Assembly: GCA_963716145.1 (NCBI GenBank)
Contig: OY970292.1
Coordinates: 661,171 to 725,170, forward strand
Origin: Candidatus Levyibacteriota bacterium
GTDB taxonomy: Bacteria; Patescibacteriota; Microgenomatia; Levybacterales; UBA12049
Length of the DNA stretch: 64,000 nucleotides
Reading direction: 5' to 3'
Shown here: piece by piece, positions 1 through 13,003 of the stretch
Layout: the number at the start of each line of letters is the position of its first letter
Numbering within the stretch: position 1 is the stretch's first letter
Program-made: the position numbers and the translations under genes
The notes under the pieces: model-generated
What the model was told of the DNA's origin: nothing
What the model saw: only the letters and a program-made list of their open reading frames with translations
The model's database searches: none

Positions 1-3000
1 AGGCTACAAGTCAGGCTCGAATTGGCTCTGTGACCATCGGAGCATTGGATGCAACAAATAACAGTCTCCTTGTACACGCAGACGGCGCAGGAGTAGGGAT
101 TATAAGAAATATAAAAATAAACGGAAGCCTTACCCTCTCAGGAGATAACGTAGACAACGGAGGATTGATAGTCCTATATGGACGGGCGGACACAGGCGGA
201 TCTGGTTTTAGCATGGCCGGAGGACAAGTAAATTCAGACATTGCCACCAGAAACTCAACTATTACAGGCGTTCACGCATACGCTAGCGCGGTTACCAATG
301 TAAATGGCGGTAACATTATATTCAATGGGGGTGCCAAGACATCGGGTAGTGGTGGGACAGATGGGAATGTTATTTTGGCTAACACCCGTGGCAACGTGGG
401 CATCGGCACCACAGCGCCTGATGTCTATTCTCTTGGTCTCACAAAACAAGTAACTATCTCAACCAACGGCGCGAGCGTCTCCTCAGCATCTATTGCAATT
501 GCGGGAGGAACTACCGGATCGGCACGTATTGATCTGGGTAATGAAAGTATTCTCAGAAGCGCTATACAAGGCATAAATGGATCCCATTTAACGCTTAGCA
601 CTAATGCTGCCAATTCAGGCACTACTCTGACAGAAAGATTGCGGATCCAATCAGACGGCAACGTGGGTATTGGGACAACTGCGCCTAGTACAAAATTTGA
701 AGTCGCAGGATACACTACCATCAGTGGGTCTGCATCTCATCTTGGATTTAATAACCCCACAACTCAACAAATATTTGGTCCTTATGGTTCAACTGCTGCT
801 GGGGGATATAGCTTTAATAACGATGCGGATACTGGATTCTCCAGATTTGCCGCGGATACCGTAGGGATAGTGACAGGAGGGTCAGAAAGACTCCGCGTTG
901 ACTCCACCGGCAACGTGGGGATCGGCACCTCTGCCCCTGGAAAAACCTTGGAAGTCGCAGGTAACAATACCACCAGCGCTTACACACCTCTCCGGTTAAG
1001 GAATACAAATGGAACAATAGGTGTGACCTGGGACTTTAACTTGGGTACCGACAAAGGACTAAATCTAAGTTCTAGTTCTGGAAATTCTTCTTTCTCGATT
1101 TCTCCGTCATCTGCAGCACTGAATGCTTTTTATATAAATAACGCTGGAAACGTGGGGATTGGGACAACAGGGCCGAATAATAATTTACATATAATCGGAG
1201 CAAGCAATACAAATTCTGGGATATTTGTAGAAGATGTCGCGGGGAGTAGGATATTAATATCTGGCTCACGGAGCACCACGGGCGTACCTTATATAGGAAC
1301 TTTTTCTTCAAGTACTCCACTTACACTTGGAACAAACGGAAACGAAACAATGCGTTTAACCACCGCTGGAAACGTGGGGATCGGGACGACTGCGCCAACC
1401 TTTAATCTGGATATCCAGAATGCAACCGGTACGACTCTACTTCGTGCCAAGAACACGGGAAGCAGCAATGCCGGTATCATCCTAGCATCTGACAATAACG
1501 GAGGATATATTACCAATAATGCCAGTCTTCTGACCAGTGAGGCAATCTACTTCCAGAACTCCACAAACTTAATGCGGCTGTATGCTGCAGGAGCTGAAAA
1601 AGCAAGACTGAGCAGTACTGGACTACAACTCTTTGGTACTGGCTCCGTTCTGGTAGTTGATGGTACCGGTAATAGCTCATTTGCTGGCAACGTGGGGATT
1701 GGGACGACCGCGCCGGGATCAAAATTTGAAATAAGCGGTAGTAACTCAGACCCATCAGGCGCATTGAGTAATGTAGGGGTAGTTCGGATAGGTACAGCCG
1801 CTACCAATGGTCTGGATATTGGCGCGAGTAGTTCGAGTCCATTTGGGGTCTGGCTTCCAGTCCAAAACAACCAGCATTAATGCGAGCGCAGTATATCCTC
1901 TACTCCTAAACCCAGTCGGCGGCAACGTGGGCATCGGGACTACGAATCCTGGTACAACACTTGATATTGTCGGAACATTGAGAGTCTCAAGTTCTATAGT
2001 ACAAGGTGGAGCGGCAAATAATGGTATTGGAGAAGCCCAAATATCAGGCGTTCAACTCGCGCTATCTACAGCAGGTGCTGCGAGAAATGCACTCGCTCTC
2101 CGTGGATCCGCTTCTCAAACTGCGGATCTTCAGCAATGGCAGGACAGTGCGGGTGATATCGCGGCAAGCATGGGGCCAATCGCTGCCGGCAATCAGCGCC
2201 AACAATTTTTACTCTATAACACCCTTGAAACAACGCCTACCAATTATGAACGATTAGGTCTCTATGCTGACTCAACGAACAATATATTCAGAATTGATGC
2301 ACAAAATGGAGGAACGGGAACCCTTCGTAATTTAACCCTTCAAACAACCGGCGGCAATGTGGGGATTGGGACCACTGCGCCAACCTATAAATTATCTACC
2401 CTCAACTCTATTTCAACTGCCGGATCTGCTGTCTCTGCCATTACCAACACAAATACTACAGACAGTGCCAACACTGTAACTTTGAGGCTGAATACAGGTG
2501 CTACCTCCACCACAACTAATGCTCGTTTCATGACCTTCTATGCAGGCTGTACAACCGAAAACTGTGCAGGGACAGCGGTTGGAAATCTTCAGCTTAACAA
2601 CAATGCGGTACAACTAAATTCAGGAACCGCTGATTTTGCCGAGCGCTTCCCAGTAAGTGAATCAACAGAACCAGGAGACATCATAGGTATTGGTACCGCT
2701 GGTAACAGAAAAGCCCAAGCAGGAGATAGTTTGCTGGGAGTTGTCTCAGATACTGCCATAGTTGTAGGAAATTCTCCGGAAGGCGTTGATAAGTCAACTA
2801 ATCCTGTTGTCGGCCTTGTCGGTCAGGTCAAGACCAAAGTCTCAACAGTAAATGGTGAAATCAAAGCCGGTGATTTAATTACAGCAAGCGGCACACCGGG
2901 AGTTGGTATGAAAGCAACCCGCCCGGGAGCTATTATCGGTAAAGCGCTTGAATCATTCTCAAATGATGGAATCGGAAAAATACTAATCTACGTCAACTCC

Positions 3001-3876
3001 TCCTACGCTGATCCGCAAGGAGCTCTCGCTAATCTTTTCCTTGATGAAGGCGGAAACTTAGTTCTTCCAGCCAACACCAAAAGCGCAAACGCTGATCTGG
3101 GCCTGCCTCTTATTGCTTCTCCCGCAAATAATAATCCTGCCTCCCCCATCCTAAGTAAAACCGAAGGGTTTAATCCGGAGGAGTTTAATCAAAGAATTGC
3201 AACCAGTTCAGCGCACTTAGATGTCAGCAGTCAGTTGTCAGAAATCAGCAGCCAAACAGATAACCTTAATTCTAAAGTGGCTTCCGTAGAAGCTGAGCTT
3301 AAACTTTTAACTTTAAACTTTGGACTTTTAGCTAATCCTGCCTCCAGCTCTGCTCAATTAGGCTTAGACCCTGGCAACGCTACTTTCTCAGGAGATCTAA
3401 GTGTAGGAGGACGTACAACGCTTTCAGACGTTGGAATCACAGGAAAGATGAATATTGGCCTACTTGCAATTGAGGGACTATCAGAGAACGGTTTCGCGAC
3501 CATTAACACCACTTCTGGTCCTTTGAAAATCCAATCAGATGGACTCAACGGCATAGATATTCTTGATGGAAAGATTGTGATCGAACCCTCAGGCAACATG
3601 AAAGTTAATGGCGAGATTACTGTTAAGAAGGTAAATGTTGATACTGCTGAGGTAGCTTCAGCCTCGCTTGGTACAGCTATTCTTCCAACCGGCGAAAACC
3701 AAGTTGTAATTAATTCAACAGCTATAACTGATAAATCCAAAGTGTTTGTCACCTCAGAAACAGATATAGACTTACCGCTTAACGTAGTAAGTAAAACTGA
3801 TAAAAAATCCTTTACTGTAAAAATCAAGAACTCCCAGCAGGAAGATGTTAAGTTCAATTGGTGGATCGTTAATTAA
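1..3876 (+). CDS. Giant GNVGIGTT-repeat fibre/adhesin-like protein, 5'-truncated, split by a frameshift near 1850-1860
   Basis: ORFs 30..1880 and 1807..3876 are consecutive parts; 8 GNVGIGT repeats; ADFAE motif followed by a GVVS...VGLVGQV...GDLI chaperone/peptidase-G2-like module; ends KFNWWIVN; frame open to the window start. Confidence 0.85.
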
Positions 3877-3981
3877 TTTTCAATTTTTAATTTAAAATTT
3901 GAAATGAATAATTAATGTTTTAAATTTAAATTTTTAAACTTTTGGAGTTGATTGAAAATTGAAAACTTCAAATTGAAAATT
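3875..3981. repeat. Heptamer-periodic imperfect inverted repeat (TTTTCAA/TTGAAAA family)
   Basis: ttttcaatttttaatttaaaatttg...ttgaaaattgaaaacttcaaattgaaaatt between convergent genes; siblings at 12008, 36067, 42512. Confidence 0.8.
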
Positions 3982-3989
3982 GTCTGATT

Positions 3990-5756
3990 TCACTCCACTG
4001 CATCGGCTACCACCTGCCAATATCTTGCTTCCTGGAAAACAATCTTGCCGGTCTTACTATCGCTAAACTTAAGCGGTCCTATTTCGTAAAACTCCGGCCA
4101 AACCTGGGGGAAATGCAGATTATAGCTCAATTTATAAGTATCCCCTTTCTTCAAATCAACATTCCATTTGATAATTTGGTTATTATGCTTATAGTTTCTG
4201 AAAACTATTCCTCTGTCTGAAATCATTGAAGCTGTTATACCTTTGGGCAAATTTTCCATAATTTGTCCTTTAAAATCTCTATTTGCATTTATAGTAATTG
4301 CTACAGGATAGGTTGAGAGCGGATAAACCCTTGTCGGATACGATGATCTTTCTACGCCAAAAACTGAATTATCCGCGACTATCAACTTCTCATCAAACTG
4401 CTTTTCGCCATCATAGGTCACGGCTTTTACATGGAGTTTGTAAACCCCTGCTTTTTCAAAAGACAATGCGTCCGCTATGTAATCAGGCATATTGGTCACG
4501 CTTCTTATTGAACATTCCCCGCTTCGCCTTACTCTACCATTTTCCGATGACAATACACCGGTTCTGACGCCTGCCGGATTAAATATTTCAAGTGATATGT
4601 CTGCATTACAAATTGTGTTGCCTGCATGATCTATAATTCCAAAGCCTAAGCTTACATCCGATCCTACGTTATTAGGGCTCCTGGGACTATTCATGGCGAG
4701 TGCGCCCCATTTAAAATCCTGCTGTGTCCCGCTCTGCTGGGGTTCTGTTCTGTCCAAGCTAGAATTCGGTTTACCGGCAGCTGTTTTTTTACCGTCTTGT
4801 TTTTGCGGAGGCTGCTGATTAGTATTTATATTTGTTAAATTAGGTAAGGGTAGTTTTGAGGGATTATTAATTACAAACAAAATAGAAAATAGCCCAAAGA
4901 GTATAATCGTACAGAGCACCGCGAATTGCCGCGCGTTAGCAAACTGCCTCCTCCGACTGATAACAGGACCGACCGATAATGAGTAAGCTAAACGGGCTTC
5001 GTAACTATTAAGCTCCATTCGTTTTAACATGTAATACAGGCCTGATCTACTTATGGTTTGACCCTTGCTTCTTACTATTATAGTAATTTGGGCTAGAGAA
5101 AATTGAGGGTTTTGCGCAACAATTTCCAATACCGTATTTTTAAGTTCCGGCACAAAGCGCCAATGCTTATCTCCCTTGGGACGATTACTTTCCAGTGCAA
5201 CTTCCTTTCTTTTTGAATGCTGATATTGACTTATCCAACGGTAGAAAATAGTTCTCGATACACCGACTTCTCTTGTCAGCTTAGTTATGGATTCACCTTT
5301 TTCATGTCTGGATATAAGCTCGATTTTTTGTGCTCCGGAAAAAAATTCATAACTTTTTTTTACCTTTCTCTTTAAACTTTTAATACCTGCGCTGGCAGTT
5401 CTTTCTTTGTAATCCTTAAGTACATTCCATGCCCCTCCCACGCTGACATGCGCACGTTTTGCAACTTTTCTTATGGAAAAATCCGGATTATTTAGCCATA
5501 AATTTATTATCTCCCGCTCTTTTTTTCTATCAAGTTTTCTCCAATGCGATTTTCCTTTGGGATACTTTTCGGAAAGAGCATCAGCTGGATTATTTTTTCT
5601 AGTATGCTTATATTCTTTTAACCAATGATAGAAAATAGTCCGTGAAATGCCGTACTCTTTACATATTTTGCTGACACTTTCACCTCTTAATGAGCGGGAC
5701 AGGAGCTCCATTTTGATTTCCGGAGATAATCTTTTGTAGTTTTTTGAAGTGTTCAT
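3990..5756 (-). CDS. Tandem transposase-type HTH domains + TM helix + extracellular beta domain
   Basis: Two copies of GESxxKxxxExGxSRTIFYxW...PKGxxHWR; TM FAVLCTIILFGLFSILFVI; C-terminal beta-rich region; no DDE core seen. Confidence 0.8.
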   Translation of the reverse strand: MNTSKNYKRLSPEIKMELLSRSLRGESVSKICKEYGISRTIFYHWLKEYKHTRKNNPADALSEKYPKGKSHWRKLDRKKEREIINLWLNNPDFSIRKVAKRAHVSVGGAWNVLKDYKERTASAGIKSLKRKVKKSYEFFSGAQKIELISRHEKGESITKLTREVGVSRTIFYRWISQYQHSKRKEVALESNRPKGDKHWRFVPELKNTVLEIVAQNPQFSLAQITIIVRSKGQTISRSGLYYMLKRMELNSYEARLAYSLSVGPVISRRRQFANARQFAVLCTIILFGLFSILFVINNPSKLPLPNLTNINTNQQPPQKQDGKKTAAGKPNSSLDRTEPQQSGTQQDFKWGALAMNSPRSPNNVGSDVSLGFGIIDHAGNTICNADISLEIFNPAGVRTGVLSSENGRVRRSGECSIRSVTNMPDYIADALSFEKAGVYKLHVKAVTYDGEKQFDEKLIVADNSVFGVERSSYPTRVYPLSTYPVAITINANRDFKGQIMENLPKGITASMISDRGIVFRNYKHNNQIIKWNVDLKKGDTYKLSYNLHFPQVWPEFYEIGPLKFSDSKTGKIVFQEARYWQVVADAVE

Positions 5757-7382
5757 GATTGAAAAAATGTTAACAATAATGTGAACACACAGTCAATTAG
5801 AAATTACTACATCAAAGCATAGCCCCATAAGAATTATCTAGCTTCAATTAAATTATTTCATTGTTTACTACAAGACTTTAAAAATATCGTGAAAAACATT
5901 AACTATAATTTGCTTATTTACTATATTCACGTCTGTGAAATCATACTTTCCATACTATTTGGTAAATTAATACTAATAATTCTATTAATTACAAGACAAA
6001 TTTTGAATATTAAAACTTTATAACTAAATTTAAGTAGAATCCTAAAAAAGATAATTATTTATACCCCTGGAGAAATATATTTAGTCATGACAATTGGTAT
6101 CCAAACTTTTGCTAAGTTAAATGATCCAAACTAAAGTAAACTGGATCAATTTTACTTAAACAGACGCTTGCATGGCTAATATTAAAAACTTATATAATTA
6201 ATTTTGAGAATATTTAAAAGTTTACAAAATATTCAAAAACAAATACTAGAATTTAAATCTTAAGATAAATAGTAGCTTTAATGAGCCTAAGATATTTAGT
6301 AACAGTCATGAAAATGGCTGTTCACGAATGATCGGATGTTTTTGAAGACGATAAGTTGCAGATTAGCCTATTATAACAATCATTTCATATCTTAGCACCC
6401 AAATTATATTTCTGCTAAAAAATTTACCTTATACTTGATCTTATCTCATTTTACGCACCCGGTCGTATAAAGCGTTTTAAGGCTCTTGAAATTTAACTAA
6501 GCATCAAACCTTCATTGATCATTTTGATCTAACATGCAGATTATTACAAACCGATGTTACTCTAAAAGTCAGTTTTTGTTCAAGGAAATCTATTTTAATA
6601 ATTTGAGAATATCTCCGACCAGTAAATTCAATAAATTGCCTAGCAAGATATAAATACAGTTTTAATTAAGAATAGCGTAAAGCTCTACCGTATTTTTAGC
6701 GTATCTAGCTAAATCAAATTTTGAAGCTAAGTCTTTTTATAAATCAGCTTTAAAGTCTCATAGTTTGATTAATTTTACTACTATGAGTTTACTAAAAAAA
6801 TATTAGCTAGTCAACCAGTTGCAAACTATAATCAACAACATTAATATAAGAAATTGATACTAAGACTGATTTGTAAGTCCAAAGTGAATTATAAAAAACC
6901 TAGCACTACAACTTATCAATTGACAACAATAAAATTAACATGCTCAAAATACATTTTCTTCAATTTTAGCTATTGTCCTATTAATAAAATTCTACCCAAG
7001 TCTCATATTATTGATATACAACATTATCGTAGAGAGATTTATCTTGTCAGAGATTTAGTTAGTCATTTTTGGCTATTTTGTTTACCAAATAACCAAAATT
7101 AGGGAGCAAAAATAAAATCTAAATTGTAATAATATCCTATATATCAGAAAATTATATGAAAATATCCATTTCACAGCCTTATTTAATTTTCGTTTAATTT
7201 TTCACAGATTTTTTGATGTTTTCACGATATTTTTTATATATGTCTTAATAGTTCATTTAATATCAATATTGCTTATTTTTACCTATTGACAAGATGGTGA
7301 AAACTTTTCTATTCTAGATATACTATTATTAATATATAGTTAATAATCGGTATAATTCGTATAATCTCGAGGCTGTGTAGAT

Positions 7383-10300
7383 ATGGATATCATAAATCAA
7401 TTTAAAAAAACATTATTAGAAAATGGAGACTCGGCCCGTCTCGCCGAAGATGGCGAATCGAGGCGGGCAAGCAAGGTTACTGTTAAGAACTATATTGCTG
7501 ATGTTAAGAGATTTGTATTCTGGTTTGAAAATAATTATAAACGGTCATTTCCTCCTCCTGCACTAACTCTGGAACTGGTTGAGACATATCTTACACCTCT
7601 TAGAGCAGCATCTCCCAGATCAGCAAAGCGCTATCAGTCCTCTTTAAGAAAGTTCTTCGGGTATCTAACTGCTGAAGGCAAGCTTTCATACAACCCTCTT
7701 GAGAACAGCAAAGTGAAGCAACTTAAAACCGACCCATTGTATCTAAAAGAGTTCGGTAACTATCTTTACTCCTCCAACGCAAGCCCTGTGACCATCAAAA
7801 ATTATATTCTTGACGTACGCCAATTTCTTAACTGGGCTAGCGAAGTGACAGAAGATAGTTATAAAAAGGTACAGCCAGAAGAGGGTTCGCCATCACTATT
7901 CGACAATTCACTTACCCCCGCAAAACAGCTTCAATTTAGCAATCAGGCCTATCCGTTTGCCAATATTGATACCTTTATACTTGATGAATATAAGAACCGC
8001 CTTGTCAATGAAACCCGGCTTTCCCCTCTGTCGGTCAACAGAAAGCTCTCCTCGCTTAGAAAATACATCTCGTGGGCAAGTGCTAAAGGAATTCTTAAAA
8101 ATGGGGCGAATGTAGGTTCCAGCATTTTAAACTCCGCAGATGAAAACCTGGCTAGTGCGCCTGATGCTGTTCAGGTCGGCTTGGATCCGAATGTCTTAAA
8201 AGAAATTCAAACCATTCCGGCAAAGCCGGAATCACCTCTTGAAGCTGAGTACTCAAGATTCGGTCCATTGAGACTGTTTCAGAAAAGTAAACGGGCCGTC
8301 AATTTTATGCTTGATAGCCTGATAATATTATCCATTTTAAAAACAATTGAGGCCACAAAGTATAATCTTTGGAAAGCAACCGGTAAAGAAATCTTTACTC
8401 CGCTTCCAAGCGTTATAAAGTCACTGGGTCATGCTGTTAATACAACTTCCGCTGGGATTTCCGGAATAGACCCGATTAAATCAACTTCCCTCACTGCGAT
8501 AGATAAATTTGTAACCGCTTCAAACGCAGCATGGGGCAAGGGTAAAATTCGCTCAATTCCCAAATCTATATATGCGCCTTTTAGGATCTCGACAGATGCT
8601 CTACCGTTTTGGAGGAAGATATTGTTTAATGTTAAATATAGACGACCTAAATGGTACAAAAAGTATCATTCATATTCATTTGTACACTATGTGCACTTTG
8701 CAATTGTTTTGATCTTTGCAACTTTTGCCGGATTTAGCATCTATCAAAGATTCGCAAGTCCTGCGCCTATTAAAAATGTTCTTGCCAGTAAAGTAGTATC
8801 ACCCGGCAGACTTCTTTCCTTTCAGGGACGTTTGAATGACTCACAGGACTCTCCTATAACCCGCGAAAGTATTATTAAGTTTGCAATATATAATAGCCAA
8901 ACAGCCTCAGGCTCCGCACTTCTTTGGCAGGAGATTCAAACTATTCAACCGGATGGCACAGGCGCCTTCTCAACTACCCTTGGTAAGGTAAATAAAATTG
9001 AGCAAGATATATTTAATGATAATCCCAATCTGTATCTGGGGATTAGCGTAGGATCAGATGCGGAACTTATCCCGCGTCAAGAGCTTGCAAATGTGGGTTT
9101 AACCAAAAATGCAGAAGAACTACAGGGCTTAAAACCTATTACGGTAAATAATGCGGGTGCAAGTAATGTTATCCTTGCACTTGATTCTTCGGGAAATCTG
9201 ACTATAGGGGGGTCTGCGACCCCAATATTTCAAGCAACCGGCGGTGAATTTAAGTTATCCGGCCAGCAGCTCACTCTTGCTACAAATCAAGGCTCAAATA
9301 CCAATATTGTGATTAATCCTGACGGTGCGGGAATTATTGATATTCAAAGACCACTGCAAAATACATCAAACAATAACAATCTACAATCAGCCTTGGGAAG
9401 CCGTGGAAGTGGATGATAACCTTGCTATCCTTGCTAGCACAAGTGATCAATCGGCTCTTGTAATCAACCAAAACTCCACAGGTGATTTAATTAGCGCAAC
9501 TACTGGGCAAACTGCTAAATTCACTGTGAGTAACAGTGGCTCAGGCATCTTTGCCGGAGACCTTAGTATTCTCGGGAATAACTTATCAACCGTGACGGGC
9601 ACATTCAACCTTGCCAATACAAATACCACCACTCTTAACATAGGAGGTGCCGCAACTAATATTTCTATCGGTGCCGCAACCGGTACTACAACTGTCAATA
9701 ATAATCTGAAGGTCAATGGTCTTCTGAACCTACCAAGCATAGCAGTTGGTTCAGTACCATTTATTAATACCAGCAATCAATTGGCTCAGGACACTGCAAA
9801 CTTCTTCTGGGACCAGGGCAATAAACGCCTTGGCCTTGGGACTTCAACTCCAAGTTATAGATTGTCAGTTACTGATAACGTTTCTCAGGCTGGAAGAGCA
9901 ACTGCAGCTATCACAAATATCAATGCAACAGACAGTATAAATTCTGTTGCTTTAAGATTAAATATTGGAGCTCCAGCAGCAAGCACCCAGTCACGGTTTG
10001 CAACTTTTTATGCTAATTGTAGTAGCGAGGATTGTGCGGGAACCGCTAAGGGGAATATAGCAGTTACTACGACCGGAGTGGCCTACAATACAGGTAGTGC
10101 TGACTTTGCGGAATACTTCAGCGCTGATGATAACACAATTAATCAAGGCGATATTGTTGGCCTTGATTCGAACGGAAAAGTCGTTAAAGCAACATCAAAT
10201 ACTCCTCTTGTTGGCGTTCTATCAACAACGGCCGGTTTTGTTGGGAATGATACAAGTGATCGTGACTCCAATGCAAATAAAGTGCTTGTTGGCCTTATGG

Positions 10301-12009
10301 GGCAATTGCCGGTTAAAGTTTCAAATGAAAATGGGATAATAAAAGCCGGCGACCCGCTAACAGTATCATCGATCCCGGGGGTTGCCAGCAAAGCAGTGGG
10401 TGCAGGGCAAATTGTAGGCCGAGCTCTTGAAACCTTTGATCCTCTAGTTAATACATCCAATAAAATCAAAATAGCTCTTAATGTATCTTGGTACGATCCA
10501 AGAGCCATACTAATGAATGATGGAAGCCTGGCTACCGCATTTGAGACTAATAAGTCAAAGCCCTCGGAACTTAGCTTTGGGGATTACGAAAAGTACATGA
10601 TATCAATCCGGGATTTTGTTAACACTCTAAACACCGGAGTACTTGAGGTTGCTAATATATCCACCAATTCCCTATCTATTGCAACTGAGGATATAACAAT
10701 TGGAGGACAAACGCTTCGGAACTACATAGCATCCATTGTTAATGAGATACTGGACAAAAGACTTGCTGAAGAAAAACCAAAGAATATTGTTGTTTTAAGT
10801 CCATTGGCTCAAGCTCCAAGTTCTGCAACTGTAAGTGCAGATATGCAAACCGCGAATCCTCCAGCAGCTACTGCTGCTGCTTCACTAACTCCTACCCCCA
10901 CTAACCCAATTCCTAGTCCAACTGCCACTCAATCTGCTACTTACGTAACCAATATATATAACAATGTATCATCAACTAGCGCTGGGTTGGCATCAACCAG
11001 CGCTTCTCTAAGCCCGACACCGGAATTATCTATCTCCCCTACGCCTTCACCTGAAATTACAGCAAGTCCCTCAGCACAACCAACACCTATTGCTACAGAG
11101 TCTGCACAAATCCAGAACACTCAGACAACTCAGCAAAACAGTAAATCTGAAATTCAGGACATCAGAGAGTCTGAAATTACTGATACACTGAGTATTCCGA
11201 GTTTTCCGAACCTTCAAACTAATCATGCTAATATCGCAACTTTCTCCGCCGAACTCTCTTATATTCCCAATCTCAAATCAGACTATGCGACTTTTAATCA
11301 TGGATTAATCGCTCTTGGCCCAACCAGCCTTGCTGAAACATCAATTAGTACTCAGCTCTCGATTGGACAAAGTATGGTAATTACCGAAAATTCAATAAAC
11401 ACTCTTGGAACAGATCTTAATCTTCAACCTCTAAAGCAAGGAAATCTTTTGATAATGGGAGGACTTGTGGCAGTAGACACACAGGGCAATTTGAGTGTCA
11501 CCGGAAACGCGGCTTTTGCTAAAGATGTTACGGTAAAAGGCAAACTTGCAGCAGGCATTATCGTACCTGTTCCCGATCAGGATCTGATCTTTCAGCTTGG
11601 AGAAAATACACCAGGCAATAAGATAGAAGTCAAAAATGCTTCAGGCAGCGGAGTATTGAGTATAAATAAGTTTGGCGACATTATCTCTTCAGGAAGCGCG
11701 CAATTTTCAAATTTCAAAATCGTGAGAGGAGCCCAAGCAGACACTTCATTCACAGAGACAGTTGCGAAAGGCTCTGCCGGAACGGCCGTGATCACAGCCA
11801 ATGAAACCGAACGAACAATAGTCACACCTTTTGTTACAAAAGATTCATTAATATATATAACTCCTGTTTCATCAACTAGCGGGACAACTCCATATATCGC
11901 AAGACAAATAGAAGAAAGCTCCGAAACCGCAAGTAAAGGCTCTTTCACTATCCAAATCTCAAGTCCAGTCTCAAGTGACATTAAATTGAATTGGTGGATT
12001 ATAAACTAA
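7383..12009 (+). CDS. Integrase core-binding (SAM-like) domains + TM + giant fibre-like extracellular region; frameshift near 9395
   Basis: Two TxKNYIxDVxxFxxW...S.xRxxSSLRK units; TM VHFAIVLIFATFAGFSIY; LSFQGRL domain; ADFAEYF module; Pro/Thr linker; ends KLNWWIIN; ORFs 7383..9416 and 9325..12009. Confidence 0.8.
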
Positions 12010-12116
12010 TTTTCAATTTTAAATTATCAATTTTCATTGAATATTCAGTGACCTAATTTTCAAACATTGAGGCATTGATATTTGATTGAAAATTAAAAAT
12101 TGTAAATTGAAAATTA
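12008..12116. repeat. Heptamer-periodic inverted repeat (TTTTCAA family)
   Basis: aattttcaattttaaattatcaattttcatt...ttgaaaattaaaaattgtaaattgaaaatt. Confidence 0.8.
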
Positions 12117-12124
12117 TCTTGGCG

Positions 12125-12544
12125 CTAGTAGTCCTTCAAAGAAATGAATTTAATTCCCGAAGTCAATAAATTCCTATCTATATTTTCTGTCACCATGAAG
12201 GCATCTTTTTGCTCACTCAGCGCCAAAAAAACGCTCTCATAATAGCTAATTCCGTAGGCCGAGGCTATAGCATGCGCCTCTTTGGAAAGCATTTCCGATT
12301 GCGGGATAAATTGAATAGGCAAATCAGAAAGCACTGCAAGGGGAATTTTTGACTCTAACTGAGAAAGTTTCTTATTCATTATTAATACATTACCAATCTC
12401 GTATTTTGCAAGTTCAGGAGCAAATAAGCCTACCTTACCTTTAATAGCATCTTTTAAGATATTGTCTGCCTGCTCAATATGATCCTCTTTATTTTTGTTG
12501 AGCCATTTTACAATTACTGATGAATCAAGTACAAGTTTTTTCAT
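12125..12544 (-). CDS. VapC-like PIN toxin
   Basis: LVLDSSVIVKW, E in APELAKYEIGN, ISYYES motif; directly downstream of an AbrB-type gene. Confidence 0.85.
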   Translation of the reverse strand: MKKLVLDSSVIVKWLNKNKEDHIEQADNILKDAIKGKVGLFAPELAKYEIGNVLIMNKKLSQLESKIPLAVLSDLPIQFIPQSEMLSKEAHAIASAYGISYYESVFLALSEQKDAFMVTENIDRNLLTSGIKFISLKDY

Positions 12545-12556
12545 ATAAAATAATTT

Positions 12557-12823
12557 TTAATATTTAATATTCCTATCCCTGGTTATAAATTCAGAAGCAC
12601 TGGTTGTTGGCTTTCCTTTAATATCTCTTGATTTTTTAATAAGTTCAAACAATTTCTCCCATTCTGCTTCTTTAGCTGCTTGATGAGGAGTAATTATTAT
12701 CTCGTCAGGTTTTTCGATTGTTATTGAAACAACAGATGAAGTCCCTGTCCATCTGGTCAACTTTCGAATAGATTCAGGCAGTGTCAATTGTCCTCTTTCA
12801 CGAATTATTCCTACTGTCGTCAT
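12557..12823 (-). CDS. AbrB/MazE/SpoVT-family antitoxin
   Basis: IRERGQLTLPESIRK swapped-hairpin motif. Confidence 0.85.
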   Translation of the reverse strand: MTTVGIIRERGQLTLPESIRKLTRWTGTSSVVSITIEKPDEIIITPHQAAKEAEWEKLFELIKKSRDIKGKPTTSASEFITRDRNIKY

Positions 12824-13003
12824 ACTAATCAGATTATCAGAAAATCAGAATTATGTCAATATCTTGATATAGTATTTTTGCTGTCTTGACAATATATATT
12901 TTGGTTTGATAACGTGGAAATATACCAACTAATAACTCATAACAAATAACGATAACAACATGTGTTATAAGTAATCAGTCATAAGTTATTAGTCGGAAAA
13001 ATC

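Noticed and set aside
3990-5756. Active IS element
   Set aside because: No DDE domain, terminal inverted repeats or target duplication seen
7383-9416. Functional integrase or prophage boundary
   Set aside because: No catalytic domain; no capsid, terminase or portal genes in the window
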